This document shows positions 41,334 to 49,496 of a DNA stretch of 64,000 bases, piece by piece. The notes under the pieces were generated by a model. The model was not told where the DNA came from, did no database searches, and worked only from the letters and a program-made list of their open reading frames with translations. The position numbers and the translations under genes are program-made. This stretch comes from an uncultured Nitrospiraceae bacterium (GTDB taxonomy: Bacteria; Nitrospirota; Nitrospiria; Nitrospirales; Nitrospiraceae). The DNA lies in NCBI GenBank assembly GCA_963730935.1, contig CAVSTP010000004.1, positions 416,001 to 480,000 on the forward strand, written 5' to 3'. Each line of letters opens with the position of its first letter. The first letter of the stretch is position 1.

Positions 41334-41719
41334 CCGCCGGCTTGATCTGTGATGACGGCCGTTATCTCATCGCCAAACGCCGCACGGGCGTGCATCTTGC
41401 CGGACTATGGGAGTTTCCCGGCGGGAAGCGCGAACAGGGAGAAAGCCTGGAGGAATGCTTGCAGCGGGAACTGTACGAAGAGTTGAGCATTCGTATCGAC
41501 ATTCCCGTTCCATTTCGGATCATCCGGCATGAGTATCCTGAAAAAATCGTGGAGCTGCATTTCTTTCGCTGCACCATCGGGGAGGGCCGGGCGACCCCGC
41601 TCGATTGTGCGGAAATCCGGTGGGTATATCCATCGGAGATGGGGCAGTACCAATTTCCACCGGCCGATCGTCCGATCATCGAGGCATTGCAACGAGATGC
41701 GGCGGGGCCTCGCAGATGA
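41312..41719 (+). CDS. mutT: 8-oxo-dGTPase MutT family
   Basis: GLWEFPGGK.E.GE....C..REL.EE, H.YP, FP.AD. Confidence 0.85.
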   Translation: MAKVVEVAAGLICDDGRYLIAKRRTGVHLAGLWEFPGGKREQGESLEECLQRELYEELSIRIDIPVPFRIIRHEYPEKIVELHFFRCTIGEGRATPLDCAEIRWVYPSEMGQYQFPPADRPIIEALQRDAAGPRR

Positions 41720-42423
41720 AAGTGGTCCTCGACATCGAAACCATCCAGTGCACACGCGAGGACTGGGTCCGCCTGGCGGGAAAATGCCGGCCGGTTGAGG
41801 CGGAGCCTCCTGAATTCGATCTCTTTGCAGCGGGAGAAGCCGAAGCCGAACGCCAGGCAGAGGAGGAACAATACGCAAAATCGGCGTTCGACGGAACCTA
41901 CAGCTCGATCGTCTGCATCGGCCTGTTGGAGTTCTCCGATCAGATGGAGCCCCGCGGAGCGGTTGCGTGGTATGGCGGCAACGAACGGGAGCTTCTCCGT
42001 CAGTTCTGGAGCCGTCTGGCACAGGACAAGCCGTCGTTGTTCATCACACACAACGGCCTCGGGTTCGATCTACCTTTTATCAGGAAACGCTCCATCATTC
42101 AGCAGGTCAAACCCAGCATGGACATCAGCCTGACCAAGTTCAGAGTGGAACCGGTGTATGACACGATGGCCATCTGGAGTAATTGGGACACGCGTGGGTG
42201 GGTCAAGCTCGACGTATTGGCGCGGGCATTGAATGTGGAAACCAAATCGGGCAGCGGCGATCAGGTGGCCGCGATGTGGGGGCAGGGAAAGGGACTAGAC
42301 CTCGCGCAGTACTGTTTGCAAGACACGTATGTTACGTATGCCTGCTATTGCCGGATGAACTTCCGACAACCACTGTCCCGTGAAGTCGTCCTGCTACAGC
42401 CCGAACTGCTCGACGTTGGTTGA
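41716..42423 (+). CDS. PolB-like / DnaQ-superfamily 3'-5' exonuclease
   Basis: LDIET (ExoI), HNG.GFDLP (ExoII), YC..D (ExoIII); ATGA overlap with mutT. Confidence 0.85.
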   Translation: MKVVLDIETIQCTREDWVRLAGKCRPVEAEPPEFDLFAAGEAEAERQAEEEQYAKSAFDGTYSSIVCIGLLEFSDQMEPRGAVAWYGGNERELLRQFWSRLAQDKPSLFITHNGLGFDLPFIRKRSIIQQVKPSMDISLTKFRVEPVYDTMAIWSNWDTRGWVKLDVLARALNVETKSGSGDQVAAMWGQGKGLDLAQYCLQDTYVTYACYCRMNFRQPLSREVVLLQPELLDVG

Positions 42424-42427
42424 TTCG

Positions 42428-43306
42428 CTAGGGGGTCCGATAGGCCTGCGCCTTTTTCTTCTTCGGTGGAACCTTCACGGTCGCTTTGAGCGCTTTAATC
42501 TCTTCGTCACGGTCTCGCAATTCCCGTTTCATCCAGTCGGACTCTTTGCGGAGCACCTTGATTTCCGTCTCCTTCTTGACGAGCATGTCCTTGGCTCGAT
42601 TGAGTTGCACTTGCATTTCCGCCGGCCCCTCTCCCTCGATCGTCGCCATTGCTGCGGGCACTGCCATTCTCGAACTGGTGGCTGGAGCCGTGCCTGTCTT
42701 CGCGACTGGCACCGCCGCCGGCATCGGTGCTTGCGCAAGGGCATGGTAGTCGATGACTTGAGCGATCACACCCGCCCTGCCGCCTGCGGCATAGGGGGGA
42801 GCCTGCTCTGCTCGGGCGGCCGATTCTGGCACGAACGTCGTGGCTCCCGCGCCTTTCGAAATTGTGAAATGAATGGCACTCTGCTGGACGTAAATGCTGC
42901 CCGCCGTGGGTTCAGAGCCTGACCCTGCCGATGAGGATACGCGAAACACGACTAGCTGTTCGGGTTTCGCTTTCGATAAGCCTTGTGCGAGCAGGGGAGC
43001 CAGGAACTCCGCATCCTCATCGCTGAACACTCTCATCGGCTTGCTGCCAGCGGCGGACATTCTCGATCCGTGTTGATCCTCCGCGGAATACACTCCTTTG
43101 ACGATTTTCAAAATGGTGGTCTGGTCGATGATGGCTGGATGGCTGGCTTCGAAAGACCAGTCCATGATCTCTTCGAGAGAGACGCTACCTTTTGCATTGT
43201 GCGCAATTTTTGAAGTGGAACTGCATCCGGTGACCATGAGGGACAGCCCCACGAGGGCGTACAGCGTCGCATTGATCAACCTGGTGCCGGGTGAAAGGGT
43301 CGACAT
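42428..43306 (-). CDS. Hypothetical lipoprotein with C-terminal coiled coil
   Basis: VTGC lipobox; RBS AGGAG. Confidence 0.75.
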   Translation of the reverse strand: MSTLSPGTRLINATLYALVGLSLMVTGCSSTSKIAHNAKGSVSLEEIMDWSFEASHPAIIDQTTILKIVKGVYSAEDQHGSRMSAAGSKPMRVFSDEDAEFLAPLLAQGLSKAKPEQLVVFRVSSSAGSGSEPTAGSIYVQQSAIHFTISKGAGATTFVPESAARAEQAPPYAAGGRAGVIAQVIDYHALAQAPMPAAVPVAKTGTAPATSSRMAVPAAMATIEGEGPAEMQVQLNRAKDMLVKKETEIKVLRKESDWMKRELRDRDEEIKALKATVKVPPKKKKAQAYRTP

Positions 43307-43371
43307 CGCTGTTCTCCTTTGCCGAATGGGTGAGAAGCTGCACGCCGGCGGCGGCGCGCGCGAGAGCGTGG

Positions 43372-43500
43372 TTACCAGATGCCTAAGCCCATCAGCGTCA
43401 TGCTGAGCGCCAGCCAGCCGAAGAGCCCTACCGCGATAATGGTCTCCAGGCTCGTGGTCGAATCCGATTGCTTATCAGGAGGATGTTGAAAAGACTTCAT
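43372..43500 (-). CDS. 42-aa small membrane protein
   Basis: MKSFQHPPDKQSDSTTSLETIIAVGLFGWLALSMTLMGLGIW; GGAG upstream. Confidence 0.5.
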   Translation of the reverse strand: MKSFQHPPDKQSDSTTSLETIIAVGLFGWLALSMTLMGLGIW

Positions 43501-43553
43501 GTCGTCGCTCCGTTCGGCAATGAGTAGAGGTTTCCAAGTCGTTCATTTTTCAA

Positions 43554-43568
43554 GCAAAGACTATGCCC
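43554..43568 (-). promoter_or_regulatory. sigma54 (-24/-12) promoter
   Basis: Minus strand GGGCATAGTCTTTGC = GG-N10-GC, upstream of the small TM ORF and lipoprotein. Confidence 0.5.
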
Positions 43569-43813
43569 TTTATTCGTCCCCTTGTAGTGGATGTAAAGAT
43601 TCTCCGAAGAGATCCGGATTCGGTTTGAGAAGCTCAAAAAACTGCCTTCAAAAGCGCTTATGCTGTTCTTGTCTAAAACATTGATTTAATAGATATTAAC
43701 GAATTGTCTGGTCGTCAAAGAGTGAGAGGCTGCTTTCCGAGGCATCACCGGGAAGAGAGTCTTTGGAGGAGGCGGTTGTAGCCGAAGAAAAAATACGTAC
43801 CGAAGGAATCCAG

Positions 43814-45217
43814 CTACGACTGAACGATATTCGTACAGGAGTGTTCGTTTTTCGCCGGGAGGTGTTCGGCCCGTGCCACCGCCCTGGCGTAGAGCGTGGA
43901 CGCCGACGCATCGGAGATCGAGCAGGCCACCAATTCACCTGGCCGGCATGCCAGGTCCGTCTTATTCCAAATTACGGTCACGTTGCCGTCACTTTTTCCC
44001 ATGCCCTGTAAGCTGGATTTCTTCGCGTCGCCTTCGACGAGGACGGGGAGTGTCTCGCCGAGATACTCGCGGTTCCGCTCCGTCGAAATGCGACGCTGCA
44101 GCTCGACTAAGGTGGTGACGCGGCGCGATTTGACCTCGTGGGGAACATCGTCGGGAAATTTTCTTGCGGCGATGGTATTCGTCCGTTCTGAGTAAAGAAA
44201 GATAAAGGCGGAATGGTACCTGACCTCTTCCAGCAGGCGATACGTGTCCGCAAACTCCTCCTCGGTCTCCGAGCAGAATCCCGCAATAATATCCGTCGTC
44301 AGGACAATGCGTGAATTCATCGAGCGGATCCGTTCGACGAGCGCCAAGTATTCGCGTCTCGTGTAGGTGCGGTTCATCATGCCCAGGATCCGATCATTCC
44401 CCGATTGCGCGGGAAGATGGATGTGCTTACAAATCTTGGGATGGCAGACCACTGCCTCCAGTAAAGGCGGAGGAAAATCCTTCGGATGCGGAGACGTGAA
44501 TCTCACACGCTCGATCCCGGGAATGTCCGCGACGGCGGTCAAAAGACGGGCAAAGTCCCAGTCGTCTGACCGGTAGGAATTGACGTTCTGGCCCAGAAGC
44601 GTGATCTGCCTGAAGCCTTCACCGGCAATACGGGCGGCTTCGTCGAGAATACCGTGCGGATCCCGAGACCGTTCACGCCCGCGCGTATAGGGAACCACAC
44701 AGAAACTGCAGAAGTTGTCGCAGCCGCGCATGACGGCGATCCAGGCGTTGACGCCTGGAATGCGCGCGGGAACGATGTCAGCGTACGTCTCATACTCGGA
44801 CAAGTCCACGGCCAGGGCTTTCAGATGCTCATCCTGTTCCTGGGCATGAACCGCATCGCGAATCAGCCTCGGCAGCTGACGATAGGAGTCGGGGCCGGCC
44901 AACAGATCGACCAGCGGCTCCTGCTTGGTGAGCTCCTCCTTGAGATTTTGTGCCATGCAGCCCAGGACACCAACGACCAAGGACCGTCTTCTTTTGAGAG
45001 CCTTGAGGTCGGACAGATGCGTATATACCTTCGTGTGGGCATTTTCCCGGATGGCACAGGTATTCATGAGAATCACATCGGCGGATTCCCGGTCGTCGGT
45101 CATGACATACCCTTCGCGCACGAGCAGGGCTCGAACGAGCTCGGAGTCATACTCGTTCATCTGACAACCGAACGTTTCGATGTGCACCTGGCGACGGTGA
45201 CCGGGCCCAACACTCAT
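43814..45217 (-). CDS. miaB: tRNA i6A37 methylthiotransferase
   Basis: TFGCQMN..DSE, NTCAIRE.A, GCMAQ, CDNFCSFC, RFTSPHP, TRAM domain. Confidence 0.93.
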   Translation of the reverse strand: MSVGPGHRRQVHIETFGCQMNEYDSELVRALLVREGYVMTDDRESADVILMNTCAIRENAHTKVYTHLSDLKALKRRRSLVVGVLGCMAQNLKEELTKQEPLVDLLAGPDSYRQLPRLIRDAVHAQEQDEHLKALAVDLSEYETYADIVPARIPGVNAWIAVMRGCDNFCSFCVVPYTRGRERSRDPHGILDEAARIAGEGFRQITLLGQNVNSYRSDDWDFARLLTAVADIPGIERVRFTSPHPKDFPPPLLEAVVCHPKICKHIHLPAQSGNDRILGMMNRTYTRREYLALVERIRSMNSRIVLTTDIIAGFCSETEEEFADTYRLLEEVRYHSAFIFLYSERTNTIAARKFPDDVPHEVKSRRVTTLVELQRRISTERNREYLGETLPVLVEGDAKKSSLQGMGKSDGNVTVIWNKTDLACRPGELVACSISDASASTLYARAVARAEHLPAKNEHSCTNIVQS

Positions 45218-46539
45218 GACAGTGTTCCTTCCATCTCGTTCATCATCAGTCGGCCGATCGCCCAACGATCAGAAGCGCCTGTGACCGTGACTTCGTGGGT
45301 TTGATTAACCAGCGCCGATTCACTCGCGACGCCAACCTTGAGAAAATGCGGGGTCGTCCCGAGACGCAAACCCTCGGTTTGTCCTTCTTCAAACAGCACG
45401 GAGACCGAGTTGCCAATCCAGCGTTCTGCAAATGCAAGTCGTTTCTGACGCGACAACTGGGCCAGTGTCTGCGCGCGCTCCCGTACGACCTCAGTTGAAA
45501 TGTCTTGAGGCATCTTGACCGCCGCAGTTCCAGGCCGCCTCGAGTATGTGAATACATGAAAATAGGAAAATGGAAGGCTGCTGCACACCTCAACGGTTTC
45601 CTGGAATGCCTCGTCGGATTCTCCTGGAAAGCCCACCATCAGATCGGTGCCCAACGCCAGATCCGAAACTCGTGAAAAAGCACGCTCAATAAGCGACACG
45701 AATGACCCTACGTGATAAGGGCGGTTCATGGCGCTGAGCACCGCATCGTCTCCACTCTGAAGCGGAACGTGCAGGTACGGGCACAACTTGCGCCCAGCGC
45801 CCATCCGCTCTAGCAGTGGTTCCGTCACCGTTGTCGGTTCGATCGATGACAACCGAATACGCTGGATGCCGCTAATGACTTCCAAGCGATCGATGAGGCC
45901 GCTGAGGTCCATGCCGTTTGATTGATACTTGCCGATGTTCACCCCGGTCAGGACCAGCTCTCGACGGCCGCGTGCGGCCTGCGATTCAGCCTCTGCAAGA
46001 ACGTCGTCGAGAAGTCGGCTGCGTTCATGTCCCCTTGCAAACGGGATGAGGCAGAAGCTGCACATCACGTTGCATCCATCTTGAATTTTTAACAGAGCCC
46101 TGGTGGCATCGGACTCGCCGAACTCGGGGAGGACGAACTCGTCGCGAGCGATCGTTCTCGTATGCAGCACCTCCGGCGTCGGCTGTTTCCGAAGCACCTC
46201 CGGAGGTGGCAAGAACGAGGGCAGGTCCGACTTGAATTGGTTGCCGACGATGAGATCAATCCCGGGAATACTCCGCAATTGATTCATGCCTGTCTGAGCG
46301 TAACAACCGGTAACCGCCACGAAGGCATCCGGGGAATGTTTCAACGTCTTTCGAATCACGTACCGGCAAGTGCGCTCCGCCTCGGCCGTGACAGAGCAGG
46401 TGTTGACGACGAGCAGATCGGTCGGCTCTCCCCAGGCCACGACCGTGTAACCTCGACGCCGCAACTGGGACTCGAGCACAGACGTTTCCGCTTGGTTGAG
46501 CCGGCAGCCGAGGCTGTGAAGTGACGCACGCTTTCTCAT
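45214..46539 (-). CDS. mtaB: tRNA t6A37 methylthiotransferase
   Basis: LGCRLNQAE, NTCSVT..A, TGCYAQ, RA.LKIQDGC..CSFC, RLSSIEP. Confidence 0.92.
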   Translation of the reverse strand: MRKRASLHSLGCRLNQAETSVLESQLRRRGYTVVAWGEPTDLLVVNTCSVTAEAERTCRYVIRKTLKHSPDAFVAVTGCYAQTGMNQLRSIPGIDLIVGNQFKSDLPSFLPPPEVLRKQPTPEVLHTRTIARDEFVLPEFGESDATRALLKIQDGCNVMCSFCLIPFARGHERSRLLDDVLAEAESQAARGRRELVLTGVNIGKYQSNGMDLSGLIDRLEVISGIQRIRLSSIEPTTVTEPLLERMGAGRKLCPYLHVPLQSGDDAVLSAMNRPYHVGSFVSLIERAFSRVSDLALGTDLMVGFPGESDEAFQETVEVCSSLPFSYFHVFTYSRRPGTAAVKMPQDISTEVVRERAQTLAQLSRQKRLAFAERWIGNSVSVLFEEGQTEGLRLGTTPHFLKVGVASESALVNQTHEVTVTGASDRWAIGRLMMNEMEGTLS

Positions 46540-46623
46540 GAATCGCGCATTATAGAGAGCTCTTTACAGGAGGGGCAAGTCCGCCGTGAAATACACCTTG
46601 TAAGTTGAAGGGGTCCGACCGTC

Positions 46624-47067
46624 GTGGTAGCATGGCATTTGAAAACATCACCCGAGGATTCGGTGGCGATTCGGCTCCTCATCGTGTGCGGCTTTCTCTC
46701 CCTCACCCTACTTCTCGTGCGCGACGCCTGTGCCAAGGATGTACTGCCCGTCGAACCGGACGTCAGCACGCGCATTGATGAGTTATACGATCACGAAGCT
46801 CGCTTGTTTCTTATGCTGTATTCGCTAAAAGGGGACGGTCACGTGGACTACATCACGGGGCGCATGGTCCAGGAGTACGCCCGCAGCAACTTCGGAAATC
46901 CCGTGTATCAGACCGAAGTGCACCCGTTGTTCTATTGGTGGAATCATATAATGTGGAACGATCCTGAACAGGATGGCGTCAACGGCAACGAGCGCATCTA
47001 TCAGGAAAACGTGGAATTCGACGTTACCCGCTACAAACCCTGCACCTTTAACGGGCAGCCTTGCTGA
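46624..47067 (+). CDS. Exported hypothetical protein
   Basis: Hydrophobic N-terminus; start uncertain. Confidence 0.65.
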   Translation: MVAWHLKTSPEDSVAIRLLIVCGFLSLTLLLVRDACAKDVLPVEPDVSTRIDELYDHEARLFLMLYSLKGDGHVDYITGRMVQEYARSNFGNPVYQTEVHPLFYWWNHIMWNDPEQDGVNGNERIYQENVEFDVTRYKPCTFNGQPC

Positions 47068-47182
47068 GCCGGCAGCTTCTCGCTCCGGACGTCCAACGGC
47101 TCACCGAACCAAATTGGCGATTCTCCTAAAGTCGTGACCGGTCTGGTGCTATCCTAGGCACGCACAGAAGCTATCTAATCAC

Positions 47183-48451
47183 ATGGCTGCCTCCTTCGCA
47201 CAAATCCTCGGGAATAAGCGCATTGCACTGATGCTGCCGTTGGGGTTCGCCTCCGGACTGCCTCTCGCACTCACATCGGGGACTCTGCAGGCCTGGTTGA
47301 CGGTCGCGGGAGTGGATCTGAAAACCATCGGGATATTTACACTGGTCGGCCTTCCGTACAGCCTGAAGTTTCTCTGGGCGCCCGTCATGGATCGGATCAC
47401 TCTCCCCTGGTTAGGGCGACGGCGCGGCTGGATGCTCGTCACGCAGATTGCGGTGGCCGCCGGATTGGCGTTGATGGGAGTGATCGGTACCGAGAGCGGA
47501 TCACGGTGGCTCGGCGGCATCGCGATCGCCGTCGCATTCATGTCTGCATCCCTGGACATCGTCTTTGACGCCTATCGTACGGATGTCCTGCTGTCCGCCG
47601 AGCGGGGATTCGGCGCCGCAGTTTGGGTGAATGGTTATCGTCTGGCTCTCTTGCTGTCGAGTGCCGGAGCCTTGGTGCTGGCCGACCACATCGGATGGCG
47701 GGGCACCTACCTGGCGCTGGCTACTCTGATGGCGGCAGGATCCGTGACCGTCCTCCTCAGCCCGAACCCTCCGGCAGGTGGTCTCCCGCCGAAGACGCTT
47801 AAGGAAGCGGTCGGATTGCCGCTGCGTGAACTCTTCGCCAGACCCGACATTTATGGATTGCTGAGCCTCATTGTGCTCTACAAGGTTGGAGATGCCGTCG
47901 CTGGATCATTGCAGACCGCCTTCTTCATCGGCGGTCTCGGCTTTACCGCAGGGGAGGTCGGATATGTAAAAGGTCTCGGCATCGCCGCCACGTTGATCGG
48001 CGCATTGGCAGGCGGCATGGTGATGGCCAAAACCGGATTGGCCCGTTCGCTGCTGCTCTTCGGGATTCTCCAGGCACTGTCCAATCTTTCGTTCATGCTG
48101 CTGGCTTGGATCGGAAAGAGTTACGAGGCTCTTGCGGCTTCAGTCGTCATCGAAAACATCACGGGTGGTATGGGCACGGCAGCCTTCGTCGCGCTTGTGA
48201 TGTCCCTCTGCGACCATCGGTATACGGCGACGCAATTCGCGTTGCTGTCTTCACTGGAAGCCTTCGGGCGGGTCTTTTCAGGTCGTCCCTCGGCTGAAGC
48301 CGTGAGCCTTCTGGGATGGGGCTGGTTCTTTTTTCTCTCGTTCCTTCTCGCGTTGCCTGGTTGCTGGCTTGTGTGGCACTACCGCCGGCAGCTCGCCCCT
48401 GACACAGGCGAAGCCACCGCCGCGGAATCTCCGGTCATGAAACCGGCTTAA
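47183..48451 (+). CDS. ampG: AmpG-family muropeptide MFS transporter
   Basis: LGFASGLP..L...TLQAW, KFLWAP.D, GRRRGW, ATQFALLSS. Confidence 0.92.
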   Translation: MAASFAQILGNKRIALMLPLGFASGLPLALTSGTLQAWLTVAGVDLKTIGIFTLVGLPYSLKFLWAPVMDRITLPWLGRRRGWMLVTQIAVAAGLALMGVIGTESGSRWLGGIAIAVAFMSASLDIVFDAYRTDVLLSAERGFGAAVWVNGYRLALLLSSAGALVLADHIGWRGTYLALATLMAAGSVTVLLSPNPPAGGLPPKTLKEAVGLPLRELFARPDIYGLLSLIVLYKVGDAVAGSLQTAFFIGGLGFTAGEVGYVKGLGIAATLIGALAGGMVMAKTGLARSLLLFGILQALSNLSFMLLAWIGKSYEALAASVVIENITGGMGTAAFVALVMSLCDHRYTATQFALLSSLEAFGRVFSGRPSAEAVSLLGWGWFFFLSFLLALPGCWLVWHYRRQLAPDTGEATAAESPVMKPA

Positions 48452-48734
48452 GACGCCGCTGAAGAAACAGCACGAACAAGAGCAGGGTGGGCAAGGGTGC
48501 GAGCGCATAGGGCACCAACCAAATCCAGACATTCTTGGCTCTCATGCGGGTCTGATCGATCATCCAGACGAAGACCCAGACCATGAGGCCGATGTAATTG
48601 AGCGCCATCCATCTCGTCGTATGTATTTTCAAGCCACTGGCGCTGTCCGGGGTACCGTGGATGAGAAATGTACCCAAGATGATCACGAATAATCCCAAGA
48701 GTATCGCAACGAGCTTTTTACTCCATACGAACAT
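48435..48734 (-). CDS. Small membrane protein
   Basis: 3 hydrophobic segments; RBS GGAGGAG. Confidence 0.65.
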   Translation of the reverse strand: MFVWSKKLVAILLGLFVIILGTFLIHGTPDSASGLKIHTTRWMALNYIGLMVWVFVWMIDQTRMRAKNVWIWLVPYALAPLPTLLLFVLFLQRRLKPVS

Positions 48735-48836
48735 GACAAGCTCCTCCAGCAGGTTCAAAGCAATAGGACGTGTCGAACAATCGAAAACTTGCGGTAGGCT
48801 AAAGATGAGATCGAGATTTGTCAAAGGAAAGCATCT

Positions 48837-49208
48837 ATGAGCCTGCTTCAGCTCATGATCATCGTTATTGGGCTGGGCTTGGGCATCGCGCTGGTTCTGT
48901 CCAATCCGACGACGGACGACTACCTATTGTTCGTCGAAGGCCAGTTGGGAAAGGCGATGGATCGCAGCGAACAGAGCCAATCATCGCGCGAGCAAGCCAT
49001 GTTGAAATCGATCTTCCGCTCCCATAGCCACGAACTGATGGAGACCGCCGTTCGTCCCCACACGCTTCGTCGAAATTGGGGGGTGATGAGCATTTACGAA
49101 ACCTCCTTGTTCGACGTGCGCATCGTCGTGCTTGGCGTCGCTGGCTCCTTGATTCCACTTAAGGGAATCGATGAGGCCATCCTCCGTCTCGGGCGTCTCG
49201 CTTTCTAG
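48837..49208 (+). CDS. DUF4359-like membrane-anchored protein
   Basis: TM then SNP...Y; RRN.G..SIY.T...G.AG..IP. Confidence 0.6.
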   Translation: MSLLQLMIIVIGLGLGIALVLSNPTTDDYLLFVEGQLGKAMDRSEQSQSSREQAMLKSIFRSHSHELMETAVRPHTLRRNWGVMSIYETSLFDVRIVVLGVAGSLIPLKGIDEAILRLGRLAF

Positions 49209-49226
49209 GATTAGCTGCCCCATCAG

Positions 49227-49320
49227 TTCTCCACAGCTGTGGATAACCTGTCTTTTTTTCCATCAAAGTGGCCTTGCGCAACTGTTAGCTGCTATCCACA
49301 GGCTTTCCTCAGTTTCCACA
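49227..49320. promoter_or_regulatory. DnaA-box cluster upstream of nrdJ
   Basis: TTCTCCACA 49227, TGTGGATAA 49238 (perfect), CTATCCACA 49292, GTTTCCACA 49312. Confidence 0.65.
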
Positions 49321-49326
49321 GGAAAG

Positions 49327-49374
49327 CCACAATATTTAGTATTGACAATTCCTGGCAATAGCTATATGTAGTCA
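49327..49374 (+). promoter_or_regulatory. Tandem NrdR boxes overlapping a sigma70 promoter
   Basis: CCACAATATTTAGTAT (49327) and TAGCTATATGTAGTCA (49359), 32 bp apart; TTGACA at 49342. Confidence 0.8.
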
Positions 49375-49496
49375 TCCCCGTGAACGGCGACATCAAATTC
49401 GGTCAAATATCCACGCCGGTGAGGTCCTTTCGGCCTACTACTTCCGTAGGGTCCGAGGGAGGCTGCAATTAGCTCGGAATTCAGGGAGGAGGCATC

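Noticed and set aside
49227..49320. oriC
   Set aside because: Short intergenic region, no evident AT-rich unwinding element or dnaA/dnaN neighbours; better explained as the nrdJ promoter
49375..49496. Cobalamin riboswitch before nrdJ
   Set aside because: Leader is short and lacks the GGGAA / GCCACTG B12-box hallmarks
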